Below are positions 60,375-64,000 of a DNA stretch of 64,000 nt, in pieces; position 1 is the stretch's first letter, and every line of letters begins with the position of its first letter. The notes beneath the pieces are model-generated. The model was not told the DNA's origin. It saw nothing but the letters and a program-made list of their open reading frames with translations, and did no database searches. A program made the position numbers and the translations under genes. The DNA lies in the NCBI RefSeq assembly GCF_001194135.2, contig NC_068999.1:48009063-48073062 (forward strand), given 5' to 3'. The DNA is from Octopus bimaculoides. Its lineage: Eukaryota.

Positions 60375-62979
60375 TTCATATGTGTGTGTATATACATATA
60401 TATATATACATATACACACATCCATGGTTCCTCCTTATGATGTCTTTAGCCATTGGATCCTATAAAGGAGTTGTTGAGGTAGCAAGCCATGAAACATGGT
60501 TGGAATTCTCTTACTGAAATTAGAGTGAGTGTAATATGCCAGTGCGTCTTTCATGCCATCAAATACTGTACATTAATATATTGAGATATAAAGGTGGTGA
60601 GCTGGCAGAATCATTAGCACACCTGACAAAATACTTCGTGCCATTTTATCTGTCTTTACGTTCTGAGTTCAGTTTCTGCTAAACTTGACTTTTGCCTTTC
60701 ATCCTTTTGGGGGTCAATAAAATAAATAGCAGTCGAACACTAGGGGGTCAATGTTAACAACTTATCTCCTTCCCTCGAAATTGCTGGCCTTGAAATATAT
60801 GTCACCAATTTCAAGTTAAAACATAATCTCCATTGATGATGACTTCTCACTTACATTTTTTTCTCAGCACAGAGGTATCTCTGCGTACTTGGTGTACTTG
60901 AAATTTACACTTGGAATTGATTAAAAAAAGGCCCTCTACTCCTAATGTAGAGATTCTCTCTTATATGATAATGATGATGATGATTCCAAGGACATTGATA
61001 ATGATGATTGTGATGATAACAAGACAACAACGACAATTTGAAGTAAACCCTATTCAAAATCATCACACAAACCTCCTCTGGATGAGTCTCCATGTATTTG
61101 AAAGTGTTCTCATCAGCATCGATGATTCGATAGACATAATGATTCAGCTCCACGACAGCTCCGATGTTGAAGTCCTTGGCACAGTAATATTTTGTGGGTT
61201 CTATATTGAATTTTTGCTGATTAGGTAACTTGACTCGAGCTCGTCCGAGAAATATCCCAGTCTTCACACCTGCAATCAATGCAACAACAGCAAGACATTT
61301 AGCATTTGAAGCAGCCATATCCAGCCAAAATAATCTGCCTTTCTTATGTTCAAACTGGCCAGAGTCGGCCTCTCGTACCTACCCTACAATGTCCTTCTAA
61401 AAGTAAATAATCACATAATCAAAAAACTCAAAGCTATGAAATAATGCCTGGTTAATTAAAAGTCAATGTGAATAGATAAGCATTATATTTGACAGAGTAA
61501 TCCAAATGCTAACAGGTAAAAGAAAGAAAACAAACAGAAAAAAAGACCATAATAAAATAAGCATGCAAAAACATTCACACACACATACATGCACATTGAA
61601 ACACACATCATCATCATCATTTAACATCCATCTTCCATGTTGGCATGGGTTGGACAATTCAACAAGATCCTTTGAGATAGACGATGGCATCAAGCTCCAA
61701 AGTCTGCTTTGACAGGGTTTCTATGGTTGGATGCCATCCTAAAACCAACTATTTTTCAGAGAGTAAAAAGAAGTAAAGTAAGGTTCCTTCCCAAGTCTGT
61801 ATGACTTGGGAAGGGCCGGTTTCCAAATTTCAGGGACTTCCTCAACCTATTTAAAACAGATTTAGATCTACCCCTTACTGCTAAAAGGGCATCATCCCTA
61901 TATAGACCACCAGTAAGAAGGGGAAAACTGGCTTTAATTTGTGACAGGAGGTATAGTCCGACTAAGTCTGTTACCTGTGCGGAATCCGATGACCCCATAG
62001 TAATATCAAAAAAACCCGTTGAGTCCACCCTTTGCCATTCAACTTTGTTGTATGATATAAGGGTCTCCCTAGCAGCTAAGATAATGTACCAACTTATAAA
62101 ATAAAATATGAAATCCCTTGACTGACCTGAATTTGTTTCACCCTTCAAAGTAATTTGAATCGTATCATCTGCCAAATAGTAATTGATGATGAAATCTTGC
62201 TCAGAAACACTGCATTCCTTTGTTAACATTTTGGCTAGGAAACACAACACACGACGGTCCAAACCATCCTTGTCATATTTCAGAAACTGCATAAAGTTTG
62301 CTGGTCTTGACTGTATGACAATCTTGTTGCAGTTTTGAAGGGTCTCCTCTTCGTTGCCAAAACCATTATATGGGGGACAAGTATACTGTATTGGCTCAAT
62401 GAGAGTTTCTTTTTCTTTAATCGGAGTAAAATCAACTGGAAATAGAAGAAAAAGATATATTAAAAGAAAACGATGTTAATTGTAACCACATGGTGTTCTC
62501 TGAGAGGTAGTTAATATAAGGAGAGATAATCATTCCTGCATAATAACTCGCAGTATTAGAAGTTTGAAATTTAACAGAGGAGCAAAGACAATGCATTGAA
62601 TATTTCACACACACGCACACACACACATACATACAAACATACATATATGTTCTGGGTATGACAATATATATACATAGATTTGAACTCAGGCCATAAAGGG
62701 GTGTCACTAAGTAGTGCAACACATGGTCCAACACTCTACCAATTCAGCCATTCCTATACTGAATCTATACAGCCATTTTTATTGATGCTTTGCCAGAACA
62801 TCGATGATCAGTAAGTGATTAAAAAAAACCCATTACATACCAATTCCATATTTTGTTCTGTAGAAATTCTTAGTGAACTCATCACAATCACAGAGCTTAA
62901 AGGGACGCCCATAAACACTGATGATGTTTCCAAATTGCAAATCTCCAGCTCCATAGTAAGGAATTGTTACTTCCCCTGT
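57629..62979 (-). CDS. EFHC2: EF-hand domain-containing family member C2-like (DM10 microtubule inner protein); last six exons, 5' part lies beyond the window end
   Basis: Exons 62979-62841, 62435-62127, 61269-61073, 60220-59886, 58483-58391 and 57884-57629 join in phase. Motifs [54 protein letters not shown] match recalled EFHC2. Confidence 0.9.
58391..58483 (-). CDS. EFHC2: EFHC2 exon
   Basis: acag|[30 protein letters not shown]|gtgagt. Confidence 0.88.
59397..59481. repeat. (TA)n microsatellite inside a SINE (similar runs 15087-15151, 60300-60368)
   Basis: Pure TA run. Confidence 0.95.
59886..60220 (-). CDS. EFHC2: EFHC2 exon (EF-hand region)
   Basis: ccag|[14 protein letters not shown]...[11 protein letters not shown]...HEDRDR|gtgag. 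Confidence 0.92.
61073..61269 (-). CDS. EFHC2: EFHC2 exon
   Basis: gcag|[15 protein letters not shown]...[16 protein letters not shown]|gtttgt. Confidence 0.92.
61828..62100 (-). mobile_element. Penelope-like element reverse transcriptase core fragment in an EFHC2 intron
   Basis: [14 protein letters not shown]...[24 protein letters not shown]...[10 protein letters not shown] resembles the PLE RT pattern FDVTMGSxDGAExCELVG...YRDDGL; YRDD at 61902-61891. Confidence 0.75.
62127..62435 (-). CDS. EFHC2: EFHC2 exon (DM10-3 start)
   Basis: ccag|DFTPIK...[10 protein letters not shown]...YYLADDTI...NSG|gtcagt. Confidence 0.92.
62841..62979 (-). CDS. EFHC2: EFHC2 exon (DM10-2 end)
   Basis: [46 protein letters not shown]|gtatgt; acceptor could be 62979 or 62975. 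Confidence 0.85.
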
Positions 62980-64000
62980 CTTTTTCACAGAAATAGAAGA
63001 AAGCATAAAGAGACTTTATTTAAAGAAAAAATACTTTTAGTGTAATAAAATGGTTTTTAACTATTAATTGTGAGATATTAATTGTGGATATATTTTCTCA
63101 GTAAACTTCCTTGGCAGTGAACTTCCCTGGTGGTAAACTTTCTTCACAGTGAATTGATGGGGGTGAACTTTCCCTATGGTGAATTGTTGGGAGAGAAGTT
63201 ACCTGTAATCCCTAGGACTGTAGTGAACTCAGTGAGAAGTTAATTTTCATGTAACATAATCTAGGGCAAATCAGCCTAGTGAACTCTTTTCCCTGCCCAA
63301 GCTATGCCACTTGGACAAATTATACTCAATACTGCAAGTTAACAAAACACTCATGGATTTTATTGTGCTTCCACTGTAGTATATATACTTACAGCTAAGA
63401 AAACCTGGGCCAATTTGTTAAGTGTTTTGGCTACAGGATTGTTTCTGTAGTGGTAGCATGCTATAAACCACTGTGTTATCAATTTAATATGAAAGGAAAG
63501 AAGAAGGTAACAAGCTGACAGGATCATTAGCATGTTAGGGAAAATGCTTAGCAGTATTTTGTCCATCTTTACATCCTGTGTTCAAATTCCACCAAGGTCA
63601 ACTTTGCCTTTCATCCTGTCAGGAGTCAATGAAATAAGAACCAGTTGTGCACTGGGGTTGATGTAATCCATTCCCCAAAATTTCTGGCCTTGTGCCAAAA
63701 TTTGAATTCAATATGAAAGGAAGGAAGAGCCACAGTCTCCAAACTACAAGTGGAAGTACACATGTCCAGGGTGTATGCTTCACAAAATCATACCCAGGCA
63801 AGTAAACTTGTGTGTGGTTGTGGTGGTAGTAATGGAGGGGTGAGAAGGAGGAGAACATGGCAGTGGTGGTGTTAATGTTGGTGGTGGCAGAGATGATGAT
63901 GATGATGATGATGAGGGTTGTGATGAGAGGTGAGGTTGGTATTGATGACGATGATGATGATGATGATGATGATGATGACAATGACAATGAAGTTGATGAG

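Overview
AT-rich, microsatellite- and SINE-dense animal genomic DNA with 10 N-gaps. The repeat families point to Octopus (inference). Four intron-containing genes can be built by hand with GT-AG junctions in consistent phase. (1) The 3' part of an axonemal dynein heavy chain, DNAH6-type (+, 523-37588; AAA3 to C-terminus; 39 visible exons plus one inferred in an N-gap). (2) A complete SPRYD7 (+, 41310-45936, 5 exons). (3) A CMC4-like twin-Cx9C gene (+, 53838-56890; exon 2 partly hidden in a gap). (4) The 3' six exons of an EFHC2-like gene (-, 62979-57629). Introns and spacers hold tRNA-type SINEs, RTE LINE 3' ends, an R4/Dong-type RLE fragment, a Penelope-like RT fragment, mariner/maT remnants and piggyBac- and hAT-type MITEs. 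The most unusual observations are: a decayed copy of a dynein exon with its splice acceptor sitting inside a SINE in a downstream intron; a Penelope-like RT core in frame with an EFHC2 exon; a tandem, covarying double-hairpin array in the RTE 3' UTR; and substitutions in normally conserved DNAH6 motifs. I found no prokaryotic system, CRISPR array, rRNA or true tRNA gene, and no clearly novel biological system. Family assignments rest on recalled motifs, not database searches.
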